Shown: piece by piece, positions 26,811 through 38,080 of the stretch
How the letters are laid out: every line of letters begins with the position of its first letter
Numbering within the stretch: position 1 is the first letter of the stretch
From: Callorhinchus milii
Taxonomy: Eukaryota
Assembly (NCBI RefSeq): GCF_018977255.1
Contig: NW_024705513.1
Coordinates: 1-38,080 of the forward strand
DNA: 38,080 nt
Reading direction: 5' to 3'
Notes under the pieces: model-generated
Told to the model about the DNA's origin: nothing
Databases searched by the model: none
The model's input: the letters and a program-made list of their open reading frames with translations, nothing else
Position numbers and translations under genes: made by a program

Positions 26811-27262
26811 TACATGACATCATAACAACAGTCTGGACCACTGAATGGGTTCTGCAGGACTGGAAGGATACCCTAGTGGTCCCCCTCTTTAAGAAGGGGG
26901 ACCGCACAGACTGTAACAACTACAGGGGCATCTCACTCTTTAGTGTGCCAGGGAAGGTCCTGGCAAGGATTATTCAACATCGCCTTGCTAGGCACGCCGA
27001 GAAGAGGCTTGCAGAGCCCCAATGCGGTTTCAGGAAAGGGCGGTCCTGCACAGATGCCATATTTTCTGTCAGTCTGCTACAGCAGAGGTGTAGGGAATTC
27101 CAACTAGACCTACATCTCTGCTTTATTGACCTGGTCAAGGCCTATGATACCATTAGTAGGCCTGGGCTCTGGGTTGTTCTTCGTGATTTCGGAGTCCCTG
27201 ACCCTCCGCTCACGATCATTAAGGACCTTCATGATGGTGAGCGGGCCCGTGTAAAACTAGAA
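26811..27262 (+). mobile_element. RTE-clade LINE reverse transcriptase fragment
   Basis: DWKDTLVVPLFKKGDRTDCNNYRGISL, QCGFRKGRSCTDAIF and FIDLVKAYD. Confidence 0.85.
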
Positions 27263-27269
27263 GAATCAC

Positions 27270-27377
27270 AGCTGTGTTCGTTAGTTTCTGAAAGCGCTTG
27301 TCCTGGTGAGGGTCGTGGTGGCAGCATGCCGAGTAGGGTGGTCCAGGTCTCTCTTTCCCTGGCGACAGACTCTAGCT
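27270..27377 (-). mobile_element. Rex3/Expander-like RTE 3' end
   Basis: Minus-strand ELESVARERETWTTLLGMLPPRPSPG, the typical C-terminus of Rex3-like ORFs. Confidence 0.55.
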
Positions 27378-28100
27378 CAGACATGGGCAAAGTACGGCCC
27401 CCGGGCTGTATACGGCCCATTGGGCTTTTAAATCCGGCCCGCCGAACTTGTCCAAATATTATTATTAAATTAAATTTTACCTTCCTCCTGTAATGCCCCC
27501 ATTTCCCCATTAGATGAAGCACTTTGACCAGGAGTGTGGTGTAAAGTAGAACCTCTGGTCACGACCATAATTCGTTCCATAACTTTGGTCGCAACCCGAT
27601 TTGGTCGTGACTCAAACCTAATTTCCCCATTGGATTGTATGTAAATACGATTAATCAATTCCGGACTCCTACGAACTGTATTTAAATATTGTTTTTTTAA
27701 GATTATTAAGCACAAAAATAGTTAATTACGCCATAGAATTCAGTGTAATAATAAACTAAATGTAAAAACATTTAATAACACTGAGAAAACCTTGAACAGA
27801 GAAAACTAGCATTGCCGCATCAAGGTTTAGAATCGTTCAAAAAGATGATTGTTTCGTCTGCTACATCAGTTGGTCGATTCTGAGAGAGAATATTCGTATG
27901 AGCATGAGCAATTCATGTTTCTATTGAAAGTAAGTTAACAGTAATATTTGGGTACGGTATTGTTTTTGGAAGCATTCACCGTAATATCATATTAACGTTT
28001 ACTTCACCGCATCATCGTATGAATGATGCGAGAAGAGATTAACGGGTTCTCATGTTAGCGATTTACGTACTCGGCGCTTTCGCTCTCTAAATTACGTCTT
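27378..28100. mobile_element. hAT-Charlie-type end fragment; right boundary uncertain
   Basis: CAGACATGGGCAAAGTACGGCCC with repeated CGGCCC subterminal motifs, preceded by CTCTAGCT (NTCTAGAN-like target). Second TIR not found. Confidence 0.5.
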
Positions 28101-28370
28101 GAATGAGGGGGGAGGGGTATGACTACACTCACAAAATTAATATCTTGCTAGAAATTTTATATAACAAAAGTTATATACATTATATATATTACTGCAAATA
28201 CAAACTTGACACTGTCACACACCCACATGGTAAAAAGGTGGTGGTGTGTCCAGAACCATGCCTGGCCACCTTCATCTGCTCAGTATTAATGCTTCCTCAC
28301 ACTTCACCATGTAATTAATTCAAGATGAATCAACATAGCAGGGGCCCACAACAAGTTCAGCTTTCACTTA

Positions 28371-28645
28371 CACTATGTAACACGATTTTTGTCCCTGGAT
28401 GGCTAGTGTTATTTTTTTTATTGGTTATGCCCACACACTTTCCTTTCGTGACCAGGACTTTACATTAAGGAATGACACAAATGAACACATTTTCTCATTG
28501 AAAATAGGTACGTTTCAAAATATCACTGTCCTGGTCACAAAAGCAACGTTTGTGGGGAATAATAGCCATTTTCTGTACTTTTGAGGCATAAGCAATTAGA
28601 AAATAACCCTTACTATGCAGGGACAATTTTTTTTGTTACGCAGTG
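28371..28645. mobile_element. CACTA/CACTG-ended MITE
   Basis: CACTATGTAACA...TGTTACGCAGTG termini and TTA on both flanks. Empty site on the minus strand at ~34430-34450 (gctttcacttatcaatg). Confidence 0.8.
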
Positions 28646-29119
28646 TTATCAATCATGTTTGCTGTTGGCGATAATGAAACTAATTGTTGAGTTCATAATG
28701 CAGTGAAATAACTGCGCTACAGCTCCCCACAAAGATAAACTCTTAAATACACATGCATTTCACATGGATCATTAACATCTGACTTATAAACGTCATTATT
28801 TCTGTCTGTGTGTCTGTCTGTGTACAAAATTTGCTAAGGATTTGGTTTAAAAAAAAAAGAACCCAGGTACCACGCCATAAGTCCTGTAAGTGAGCCAGTG
28901 CTATTACATTTTCGCATCCATCAACTTTACAGTAGTTAAATTAAAAATGTAGTGCTAAAGTCACATACATAAAAACTATTTACAAACTTATTTACTCTAT
29001 AAAAGTTTGTGTGTGCGTGGGTACGTCCATGTGGGTGTGTTAGTCCATATATGTGAGTGCGTTGTGTGTGCGAGTTCGTGTGTGTGTGTGAGATGAGTCA
29101 GATGCCTTCTATGACCTCC

Positions 29120-29455
29120 TGTCACAGGTGCTAGCTCAAGTGGCCCCACGAGATCATCTTGTTGGGTGACTTCCATGCCCGTGTTGGTCATGATGCTGGC
29201 ACCTGGACTGGAGTGATTGCAAGGCATGGACCAGATCAGCTCAATAACAACGGTAGGAGGCTGCTCGATTTTTGTGCAGCCCATGGGCTTGTAATTACCA
29301 ACACGCTGTTCCGGCATCGGCACATCAACACCACATCATGGATGCATGCCGGGTCCAAGCAAGAACATCTTCTGGACCACATAGTGACAGAACAGCGGAT
29401 GCGGGCCCATGTCCTTGACACCAGGACCTACCGTGGAGCTGATCTGCCCATCGAC
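29120..29455 (+). mobile_element. RTE-clade AP-endonuclease fragment
   Basis: LGDFHARVG, NNNGRRLLDFCAAHGLVITNTLF and LLDHIV. Confidence 0.8.
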
Positions 29456-29489
29456 GTCTCAAGATGGCGGCGGCGTGTGCAGCGGTGTG

Positions 29490-30428
29490 TCAGTTGGAAA
29501 ACAATCAAAAGTATCGAAAAGGCATCTAACACAGATAATCTGCCCGTTGAGCTTAACCGAAATGGGGATTATTTTTTAGAGCCCAAAAAAATTGTTGACA
29601 ATTTTAACCTTAATTTTTCTGAAGCTGGTAACCTTTTTGATAATGTACTGGGAGTCACCCTTGCTCATGCAAATTCCTATACACCTGTCCAAACATTAAA
29701 CGAATTTAGTTTCCACCCAATCCACGAAAGTAATGTTCTGAAACAACTGTCCTACCTCAAAGAGTCCTCCCCTCTAACGAAGCAGATAGTATTCCCGTCT
29801 TTGCTCTGCTAACTGTTGGTCACCTAATATATAAACCTATAGCCCATATTTTCAACTGGTCCATCCAACATTCCTATGTTCGTCCACTTCACAAAGGGAG
29901 CCCTAAAGATGATCCAAATAACTACCGACCTATCTCAATTTTGTCCCGTTGACGAAAATTTTAGAAAAATTATTAAGCTACCAAATTAGCAGTTTCCTGT
30001 CCGACAACAATCTATTACATTTAACACAATCTGGGTTCCGAAAAAATACAGCACATTCTGCTGCATTAGTAGCCTTGATAATATGTAGTACTGCACCAGT
30101 CTTTTTCTTGACTTGTCCAAAGCCTTTGATACAGTCGACCACAACACCCTGCTTAGTAAACTAAGTTGTCTCAGGTTCTCCAAACACGCAGTAGAATGGT
30201 TAAAAATGTACCTCTTTTCTCGCACCCAAACTGTATTCACAGATGGTTGAAGGTCACTGTTAAGATAGCAAAAGGGATTCCACAGGGTTCCATCCTTCGG
30301 CCCCCTCTTGTTCTCTCTTTATGTCAATGACTTGGGCACTGATCTAGATCATTCCAGGGTAAATCTTTTTGCAGATGACACGATACTAATTACTGCTGGC
30401 CGTTCTCCGGATGACGTGATTGCCTTCT
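29490..30428 (+). mobile_element. CR1/L2-group LINE RT fragment, degraded
   Basis: [36 protein letters not shown] and LFADDT across several frames. Confidence 0.8.
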
Positions 30429-30429
30429 G

Positions 30430-31020
30430 ATCTTCAAAATGAATGTTAACCCAAAACTCCCGAGCACACAATTTAGGCTGTCTAGCTACAAAAGGAATAT
30501 TTATGAAAGCTAAATTCAGCTGACATAGCAAAAGGTGTTATGCAAAAATGCATAAATTAATGTTCAATCGCAACTTAGAGGTGTGAAGCCAGCCAGGCTC
30601 ACGATGTCCTTGCAAGCTGGAATGAACAGATCTGACTTCAGCTGCATGTGTGTACTGTGTTAACTTGACTGTTCTACACTATGGGAACCTCATTTGCCAG
30701 TAAAAATATGTTGTTTTTTACCCTTCTATCTGGCAACAAAACTGACACCTTTTTACAAGGAGTCATGTTTGCATTGACTGTTTCCAGTCGTATAAAGAGT
30801 TCCAGAGGAAAACAAAAATAAACTACTGTTTTGATATAACCTCCGTTTTCAACAGAGTTAATAGACTTTACTGCAAACACACATTTTACACTGTCCCACA
30901 CTGGCATGGTTAACAGGTGGTGGTGTGTCCAGACCCATGCCTGGTCACCTTCATCGGCTCAGTATTAATGCTTCCTCACTCCACCAAGATATTCATTGAG
31001 GATCAATCAACACAGCCGAG
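30430..31020 (-). repeat. partial copy of the ZNF upstream/intron block
   Basis: Similar to 5950-6345, 24990-25215, 28190-28340 and (inverted) 34480-35500. Confidence 0.8.
30674..30773 (-). mobile_element. single-arm family-2 insertion
   Basis: Matches 13753-13850. TTGACTGTT on both flanks (30665-30673, 30774-30782). Empty site tgactgtttcca at ~6198-6209. Confidence 0.7.
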
Positions 31021-31499
31021 GCTGCGTGTCTCTCTCTCTCCCCCGTGGTCGCGTGGATTTCCCTCCGGATCCCCTGGTTTCACCTCCACATGCAGAGAGA
31101 GAACACCGCCACGCTGTTGACGAGCCTCACCTTGTTGTTGTTGTGGGCAGGTCGCTTCTGAAATCAAGAGCGGTTTTGCAGCTCAAGCGGGCTCGACCTG
31201 GTAAACAATAAAAACCGTGTTAATATTTAAACAAAGTTACAAAGTGGCGAGCCGGGTGAAGACAAATTAAACTTAAGCGAGAGAATTGAAGCGAATGCGA
31301 TCAGGCGAGGGCAGGAGGCAAGGCCCCACGTTCTAAAGTTCCAACCTGGACATCGCTTCCATGCTCGCTGCTACTCAAATGACATCCGTACGAGAGAGAG
31401 AGAGAGTGAGGCTCTACCTCTGTAAACAACAACAACCACCACAACAACCACCACCACAACCGCGATGAGAATTTCTCACGTCGGATTTCAGTTCCCGCG

Positions 31500-31925
31500 C
31501 GGAGCGGCAACTTCCCGTTACCTCGTGACGTCACGCGGCAGCAGCAGGTGACATGACGTCACTTGCGTGGTACAAGACACTCCTCTCCCACAATTAGCGG
31601 CTCTGAAACTTAAATAAATTATGTTAATGAGCCTGGGCCCAAACGTGGAGGGATGGGGCGTGGGTGCCGAACCGGTCACAACGAACTCGAGACGACTTTC
31701 ACGAATAAATTATGTTAATGAGCCGCCAGTCACTGGGTGTGGCTTTGCCCAAATAAGGATAGGACTTGAACAGATAACGGAAGTGACCCAGGCAGAGGTG
31801 ACGTCACGCTCAAGGGCGCGTTTGACGGGGTGGGGTGAATACCTTGGTGACATGACGTCACTAGCAAAGTACACTTCCCCCTGGCGTTTCACGCCGATGA
31901 GGTAATGCTGAGTGTGACGTCACAG
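31500..31925 (-). promoter_or_regulatory. CRE cluster (five TGACGTCA) with an ETS-like site
   Basis: TGACGTCA at 31526, 31554, 31799, 31853 and 31915; minus-strand GGGAAGT at ~31510. Confidence 0.4.
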
Positions 31926-32029
31926 AGCGGGTTTGGAGTTTACGTTGATTTAGATTAATTTTCCATTGCTCCCTCCCTTGAACAGAGACCCCTTGGGTGT
32001 GTGAGCTCAGCAACAACAATGTGGACATT

Positions 32030-32212
32030 ATTGTGTGTGTGTACACACATGGACAGTGTGTACATTGTGTGTGTGTGTGTACACTGTGTGTGTACACATC
32101 AGACTGACTGAGATGACTGTGCCCCCCACAGTGTGTACACACACACAGTGTACACACACAGTGTGCTCAACAGTGTACACACACACAGTGTACACACACA
32201 CACACTGTGTGT
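32030..32212. repeat. GTGTAC/CA-rich microsatellite
   Basis: Alternating (TG)n and (CA)n runs joined by GTAC. Confidence 0.85.
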
Positions 32213-32760
32213 ATCTTGGTGGAGCTGTGAAGGATGAAGGCAAAATAACTAATCAGCCCACATTGTGACAGTTTGCATCTCCTTCGGCATTGATGGAGTC
32301 CCAGAGATGAGCATACTGTTCACATGCAGGCGGTTTTGATTCAGTAGAATGTAAAGAAGGCGCTCACTCTCAATGTTGGCATACTCATCGACAACATACT
32401 GGTGAAAGAGGTTGGCGCACCATAATGTGGTGTCCTCCTCTGTCCATGATCACGAAGGAATATACGTTTTTTTTTAGAGGAGACAGTTTCGTGAGGATGT
32501 CTTTGTCCTGCAGCTTTGTAATTGGAGGAATCTTGACGTGGTACCCATCTTGGCCTTGCGACAGAAAAATGTGTTATTGTAGGGCATCGTATGCTCCGTT
32601 AGTGTCAAGAAATGGTGCGATGGTGTTTTCTTGGTATGGAAGAACAATGTCTCTCGCACAATGTTCCTCACCCACCGTAAGAAAGCAAGGTCAATAATAT
32701 TTGGGACATTGAACCTCCCTGCGTGCTCCCGCTTTGGTGGAAGTAAAGGTGCGGTACAGC
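32210..32760 (-). mobile_element. Helitron Rep (Helitron-like N region) fragment
   Basis: Minus-strand EHAGRFNVP, AYDALQ, LFHQYVVDEYANIESERLLYILLNQ and ILPSSFTAPPRY. Confidence 0.8.
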
Positions 32761-32928
32761 AAAATTTAAATGGGTGATGTTCCCACGAATGTCACAAACG
32801 ATAGACGAAATGTAATGGGCTGTAGCTAAGAAAATCCAACGTATTTAGCAGTATAACATATTAATCGGCATCGCAGTACTACATATCAGTAAATAGCGTG
32901 ACGTGCGCAATCGAAACAATAGAAATGC

Positions 32929-33083
32929 TGTTTCATTCAGACTCTGTCGCCTCGATGGACCTGGTTTCACCTGAGGACGGCTGCTTGCGTTGTGGCCGAA
33001 ACGTCGTGAGAATAATTTTATTATGTTTTATTCTTATTATTTATTACTTCCCTTCTACTTGACTTTACCGAAAGAACCAAGAA
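32929..33083 (+). mobile_element. solo Penelope pseudo-LTR carrying a hammerhead
   Basis: Homologous to the reverse complement of 10811-10970; flanked by AATAGAAATGC (32918-32928, 33084-33094). Confidence 0.8.
32967..33009 (+). ncRNA. minimal type-I hammerhead ribozyme
   Basis: TCAC-CTGAGGA-C-GGCTGC-TTGCGTT-GTGGCC-GAAACGTC-GTGA, identical to the minus-strand copy at 10888-10930. Confidence 0.8.
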
Positions 33084-33429
33084 AATAGAAATGCAGTGAA
33101 GAAATAAGACGAAAAATTTTTACATTAAAGAGCAGCAGAGCAGTACGTACAGGTAAGTTGAGAAGTAGGCTACAGTCTAGATTACAGACTGCCAGTATGC
33201 TGACTCAATGACATAAGCATTGCTACAGTAGACATAAAAAGCTGGCAATATGGTCAGCAGCTGAAAAAGCAGGATACAGTCGACATGAAAGGCTGGCAGT
33301 ACACTGAGTGAGGTAAAGAAGCAGGCAACAGATTATAGACTGTTCTGCCTCATGGCAGGGTTTTGCCTCACGGCAGATTGGGGGGGGGGTGTATGTACAC
33401 AGGAATTTCCTGTTTTTGATGCTAATTTT

Positions 33430-33515
33430 GGTCACGTGACCAGGAAGTTGCGATTTAAGATTCCCGCTCAACCACGCGGGCGTCGGCCATTACACACATA
33501 TTTCAAGATGGCGGC
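33430..33515 (+). promoter_or_regulatory. promoter-like motif set: E-box/CLEAR palindrome, ETS, YY1
   Basis: GGTCACGTGACC (33430-33441), AGGAAGT (33442-33448), CAAGATGGCGGC (33504-33515) and GTAAGT at 33580. Confidence 0.5.
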
Positions 33516-34622
33516 ACACATCGCGTCCCAGTGAAGCCAGCCGCAATTGTCCATTGTGGGACTTTAAGAAGCATTGTCTGTAAGTTCGTTTATGTTCTAA
33601 TAATATTGGCAATGCTGTTATAATGACCGATAATGATGTAAATGCCTTTATAATGCTGTTAAATTGTTATGATAAATATGAGTGCTAGTTAACAACGAAG
33701 CCTGCTACTTTCCTTACTGTGAATGTTACTTGTAATTTAATAAATCGAGTCAAACTTGTACCCAAGTAACTTTATTGCGATCCTGAGAGCAAGGATGACG
33801 AAAATCTCATCCACAATTTAGTGTTATGTGTAATACTGTACATTTGGGTGCAGTGTGATGAATACAAGATGTGCCTTTATGTAACACAGCAGCTTATGCT
33901 CTTGTATAGTTATTCAGTGGTAATGTAGGGGCCTGGTCCATCCAGGATCTATTGTTGAGAAACATGTTATCTAAGACAATGGTATGATTATGTGGTGTTC
34001 ATTCATTGTGTTGGTGTTTCCGTGTATTAACAGATGTTGTATCTGTGCTGTTTTCTTACCAGTTTTACCTCGTTAAATTCAATAAATGACGTTTGGAGTC
34101 AGATGTTCATCCTGGCTCTGAGGTTTATTGGACGCGAGGTTAACTACTCAGCTAGCAGTGCAACGCAGCGCACAGCGAGGCGGAGATAGCAGTTAAGACG
34201 CACACAACACAGACGGGTTAGCAGGCAGGTAGGAGGCGGAGCCACGAACGGTGAGAAACCAGGGTAAGCATCTGATTGGAATGGTGGCTGTTTTTTATAG
34301 CACATGTTAATGATCCACGTGCAATGTATGTGTATGTAATACTTTATCTATGTGAGGAGCGTGGCGCAGTTATATCACTGCATTATGAATTCAATAATTA
34401 GAGTTTGATAATCGTCGACAGCAAACATCATTGATAAGTGAAAGCTGAACTTATTATGGACTTCTATGTTCAATGATCCTCAATTAATTACATGGTGAAG
34501 TGAGGAAACATTAATACTGAGCAGATGAAGGCGGCCAGGCATGGTTCTGGACACACCATCACATTTTTACCATGCCAGTGTGTGACAGTGTCAAGTTTGT
34601 ATCTGCTGTAAAATATATTAAC

Positions 34623-35185
34623 CAGGGGCGGTTTCGTCATTAGGGGCGATTGGGCGACGCACCACCAATGTCATTCAACGCACAGAGTCACGCTAGCCGT
34701 CACTGTGCCTCTGGATATAGTCCAATAGCATCATGCTACGTTCTGTGGAGTACCGCCTCTTTTTTGGGTGATTTCCCTCCAGCTGAGAATCGCCCCGAGT
34801 GGTCCCATAGACTTACATTCAAAGATGTTTGTTTTCGAACGGGGCGCTGCAATGCATTCTCTATGGCTTCCGGGAGGGCTCGCCCTAACGTGCTTACGTC
34901 ATCATACGTGCTTACGTCTTCATACGTAAGCACGTTTCATCCAACAATATAATTTGTCGCCACTAGTGGAATCTTTAATAAAATAAACTTGAGTGGTTTG
35001 TTTAATAGTGAGTATAGAAACAAACAAGATGTATTGTAAGAGTCACTTTATTTTTCATTAATATTAAAGAAGTGAAGTTGCTTTACATGCTTAGCTGTTA
35101 ATTTATCCATTGCATGGGTGGACCTTATCCTTATCAATCATCAGACATTTGCCCCCCCTGAGAGATTTTGCAGGAGCCGCCACTG
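34623..35185. mobile_element. non-autonomous hAT MITE
   Basis: CAGGGGCGG...CCGCCACTG termini and 8-bp TSD ATATTAAC (34615-34622, 35186-35193). Confidence 0.85.
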
Positions 35186-35662
35186 ATATTAACTCCATTG
35201 AACACGCAGGTTAAATCAAAACATTGTTCATTTCTGTTTTCTTCTGGAACTTTTTCTAAGAATGGATAAAGTCAGGAAATTAACACAGCACATTTCCAGC
35301 TGAAGTTAGATCTGTTCATCAAAGCATTCAAACAATTCTGAGCCTGGCTTCACACCTCTAAGTTGCGATTTAACATTAATACAAATAGTATTATGTTCAA
35401 CATCCTTTGCTATGTTTGCTGATTTTTATAAATATTTTTTTTGTAGCCAGACAGCCAAAATTGTGTGCTTGGAGTTTTGGGTTGACATTCATTTTGAAGA
35501 TACTAGAGTTTCCAGGCATATGTATGACCATTAGCCCTCTCATTGTGTGCCTTAACAGCCCCTGTGATAAATTGGGGAATCTTTTTTACCATATCATGAA
35601 TATATGAAAAAGTATAGACGTGTAAGTCATGTGTGACTGTGTATATTGCGCTTCCTCTGCAG

Positions 35663-35977
<315 letters not shown>

Positions 35978-36254
35978 TGAAGGTGGAGGGGTTACCAGCC
36001 CCTCACACTCATCCAGAGCCCCCATTTAGCTGATGTGGTAGCTACGAATGCCCCGAGGGGAAAGGCTAATCGGAATTGGCCCTCCCCCACAGCACTGTCC
36101 ACAGTAACAAGAACAACAACCGCCATTCGCCACTAAGTGGCGGTGACGTCACCATGGCGTTTTTGCCAGGCCATGTGCATTGGGTAGACCCAGGTTCCAT
36201 GGGTCGACTGACTCCGTTGACTGGCCAATGCACCACCTGTACCCCCGACTGTGC

Positions 36255-36480
36255 CAACACACGGTGTACACGCACACACACAGTGTGTACACATACACAT
36301 TGTACACACAGTGTACACAAACACACAGTGTACACACACACAGTGTACACAAACACAGTTTATACACACACCGTGTACACACGCACACAGTTTGTACACA
36401 TACACATTGTATACACAGTGTACACACACACAGTTTGTACACAATGTACCCACACACACAGTTTGTACACACACAGTGTA
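36255..36480. repeat. CAGTGTACACA-type microsatellite
   Basis: Tandem acacagtgtac units inside a block paralogous to 15060-15800 and 1-80. Confidence 0.85.
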
Positions 36481-36660
36481 GACGCACAATAATGTTAACG
36501 TTGTTGTTGAGCTCACGCACCCAAGGGGTCTCTGTTCAAGAGGGAGCAATATAAATATAATCTAAATAAACTTAAACTTCGATTTAAAGCTTTCGTGACT
36601 GCAGGGATTCATCTTCTTGGTTCTTTCGGTAAAGTCACGTAGAAGGGAAGTAATAAAATA

Positions 36661-37633
36661 ACATCTTCATGGAGAAATTTGAGACTGACGCCATCAAGAC
36701 TGCCACTTTACGCCCGACCTTATGGAAGAGGTACGTAGATGACACTTTTGTCATCTGGCCACATGGCCGGCCTGCTCTAGACCAATTTCTCGACCACATC
36801 AATTCCATACATCCAGCCATCAGATTCACCATGGAAGTCGAAAAAGATGGCAAGCTACCCTTTTTGGATGTCCTTATTAAAAGGAGACCTGATGGTTCAA
36901 TGAGCCACTCTGTCTACAGGAAAGCCACCCATACACGGATGCTTACCTAAAACCGGATTCCCACCACCATCCATCCAGAAGAATTCCCTCATCAAGACTC
37001 TATACCATAGAGCCCAATGCATTTCCGACCAGGAACACATTGGCAGTGAACTCAAACACGTACGCCAAGCTCTTAAGGCTAATGGTTACTCCGACTACAC
37101 AATCCGCAAAGGCCATCACTCCAACCATCAAGAAGGATCCTGTTGAGGAGCCTTTCAAGACCATCACCTTACCCTACATTGCTGGGGTCACAAAAAAGAT
37201 CTCCAAAATCCTGATTAAACACAAGATCCAGGTCCGATTCAACACAGTACATAAAATCCGTGATCTGGTCCCGTCTGTAAAAGATGTGGTTCCAGACATA
37301 CAGTACCCTGGCGTCTACAAACTAAGTTGCCTCTGTGGTAGCAGTTACATTGGAAAACCAACGACATGTCTCGGACCGCATCCGTGAACATAAGGCAGAC
37401 CTGAAACACGGTAGACAAACACCTCAGCCGTGGCAGATCACTGTTACAATTCAGTGGGCTCACATGACATTGACTTCTCCAAGACAGAGGTTCTCTGCAA
37501 GCCATCTGGCTATCATGAGAGATTCGTTCATGAGGCGATCCACATATACAAACACAGAGACAATTTCAACCGAGAAGATGGATTCTGGCTTAGCAATCAT
37601 TGGAAGGACGTAATAAACCATTTCGGATCTTAA
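36661..37633 (+). pseudogene. Penelope RT C-terminus plus GIY-YIG endonuclease, frameshifted
   Basis: WKRYVDDTF, LPFLDV, VYRKATHT, TLPYI, GVYKLSCLCGSSYIG, RIREH and EAIHI...NFNREDG. Confidence 0.9.
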
Positions 37634-37796
37634 CTGATTGTGTTCACGTTTACGGTGACTTTCAGACCGCGTTCCACTCACTGGCATGGTGCAGTGTGCA
37701 GAGTAATGTATGGTGTCGTAATTGTATGTAAACATATAGCAGTGATACACATTAGGGTGGGTAGAATAATACATAGTGTTATATTAAAATGGATAA

Positions 37797-37965
37797 GGCA
37801 GCAACTGCAGCAGCAGCAGCAAGTGCAGCAGCAGCAGCAAGTGCAGCAGCAGCAGCAAGCAACACAGCATGCAGCAGCAGCAACTGCAGCAGCAGACTGC
37901 AGGCAGCAACTGCAGCAGCAGCAACTGCACAGCAGCAGACACTGCAGCAGCAGCAGAACTGCAGC
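37797..37965. repeat. imperfect CAG repeat in the Penelope 3' UTR
   Basis: (CAG)n interrupted by CAAGTG and CAACTG units, downstream of the ORF stop. Confidence 0.9.
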
Positions 37966-38080
37966 TCCCTTTGATGCTGTTAATCCTGCATAATGCACAT
38001 GCATATGAGTACTAATCACATTCCTGCATTTCCCATAAATATGCTAAATTCTTGATATGCAAATTCCTTTGTCTAGGCGC

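Larger units (their letters stand above)
36578..38080 (+). mobile_element. 5'-truncated Penelope-like element with an inverted pseudo-LTR fragment at the 5' end
   Basis: Inverted pLTR at 36578-36660 abuts the RT. The 3' UTR runs off the window and matches the reverse complement of 11020-11180 and the direct sequence at 11745-11825. Confidence 0.9.

Noticed and set aside
26753..27493. 246-aa ORF as a single gene
   Set aside because: Chance read-through of the Tc1 TIR, an RTE RT fragment, an antisense Rex3-like end and a hAT end.
29159..29812. 217-aa ORF as one LINE ORF2
   Set aside because: Chimeric: RTE-type endonuclease joined at ~29455 to a CR1/L2-type fragment.
34090..34330. Possible additional solo LTR (minus-strand AATAAA, TATAAAA, CCAAT)
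   Set aside because: TG...CA ends and a TSD could not be defined.
36066..36554. Overlapping Cys/Val/Thr/His-rich ORFs (also 31861-32268)
   Set aside because: Translations of CA/GT microsatellites lacking stop codons.
37640..38019. Poly-Gln, poly-Ala and poly-Cys ORFs
   Set aside because: Artefacts of the CAG repeat downstream of the Penelope stop codon.

Overview
Eukaryotic, repeat-dense window, probably from a fish-like vertebrate (inferred from the V-SINE-like, Tc1 and Rex3/RTE content; species not determinable). The backbone is a locally duplicated unit carrying a non-KRAB C2H2 zinc-finger array exon. Copy A (about 18 fingers, minus strand) lies at 3.6-5.7 kb, copy B (about 9 fingers, minus strand) at 23.4-24.8 kb and a truncated plus-strand copy C at 35.7-35.95 kb, with further fragments elsewhere. 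Each copy was invaded by different elements: an internally deleted hAT and a hAT MITE with 8-bp TSDs, an EnSpm/CACTA element, a full-length Tc1 with an intact DD34E ORF, Gypsy gag/protease fragments and solo LTRs, RTE and CR1/L2-type LINE fragments, a Helitron Rep fragment, tRNA-derived SINEs and a 5'-truncated Penelope-like element (RT + GIY-YIG). Three signals stand out. (1) Minimal type-I hammerhead ribozymes sit in the Penelope pseudo-LTR, with several non-coding, TSD-flanked fold-back derivatives. (2) A second, unrelated family of fold-back-plus-tail insertions with 12-bp TSDs has no recognisable ribozyme. (3) The zinc-finger proteins end in an acidic tail made of tandem SUMO-consensus repeats and a SIM-like stretch. 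All calls come from reading the sequence; no database search was run.
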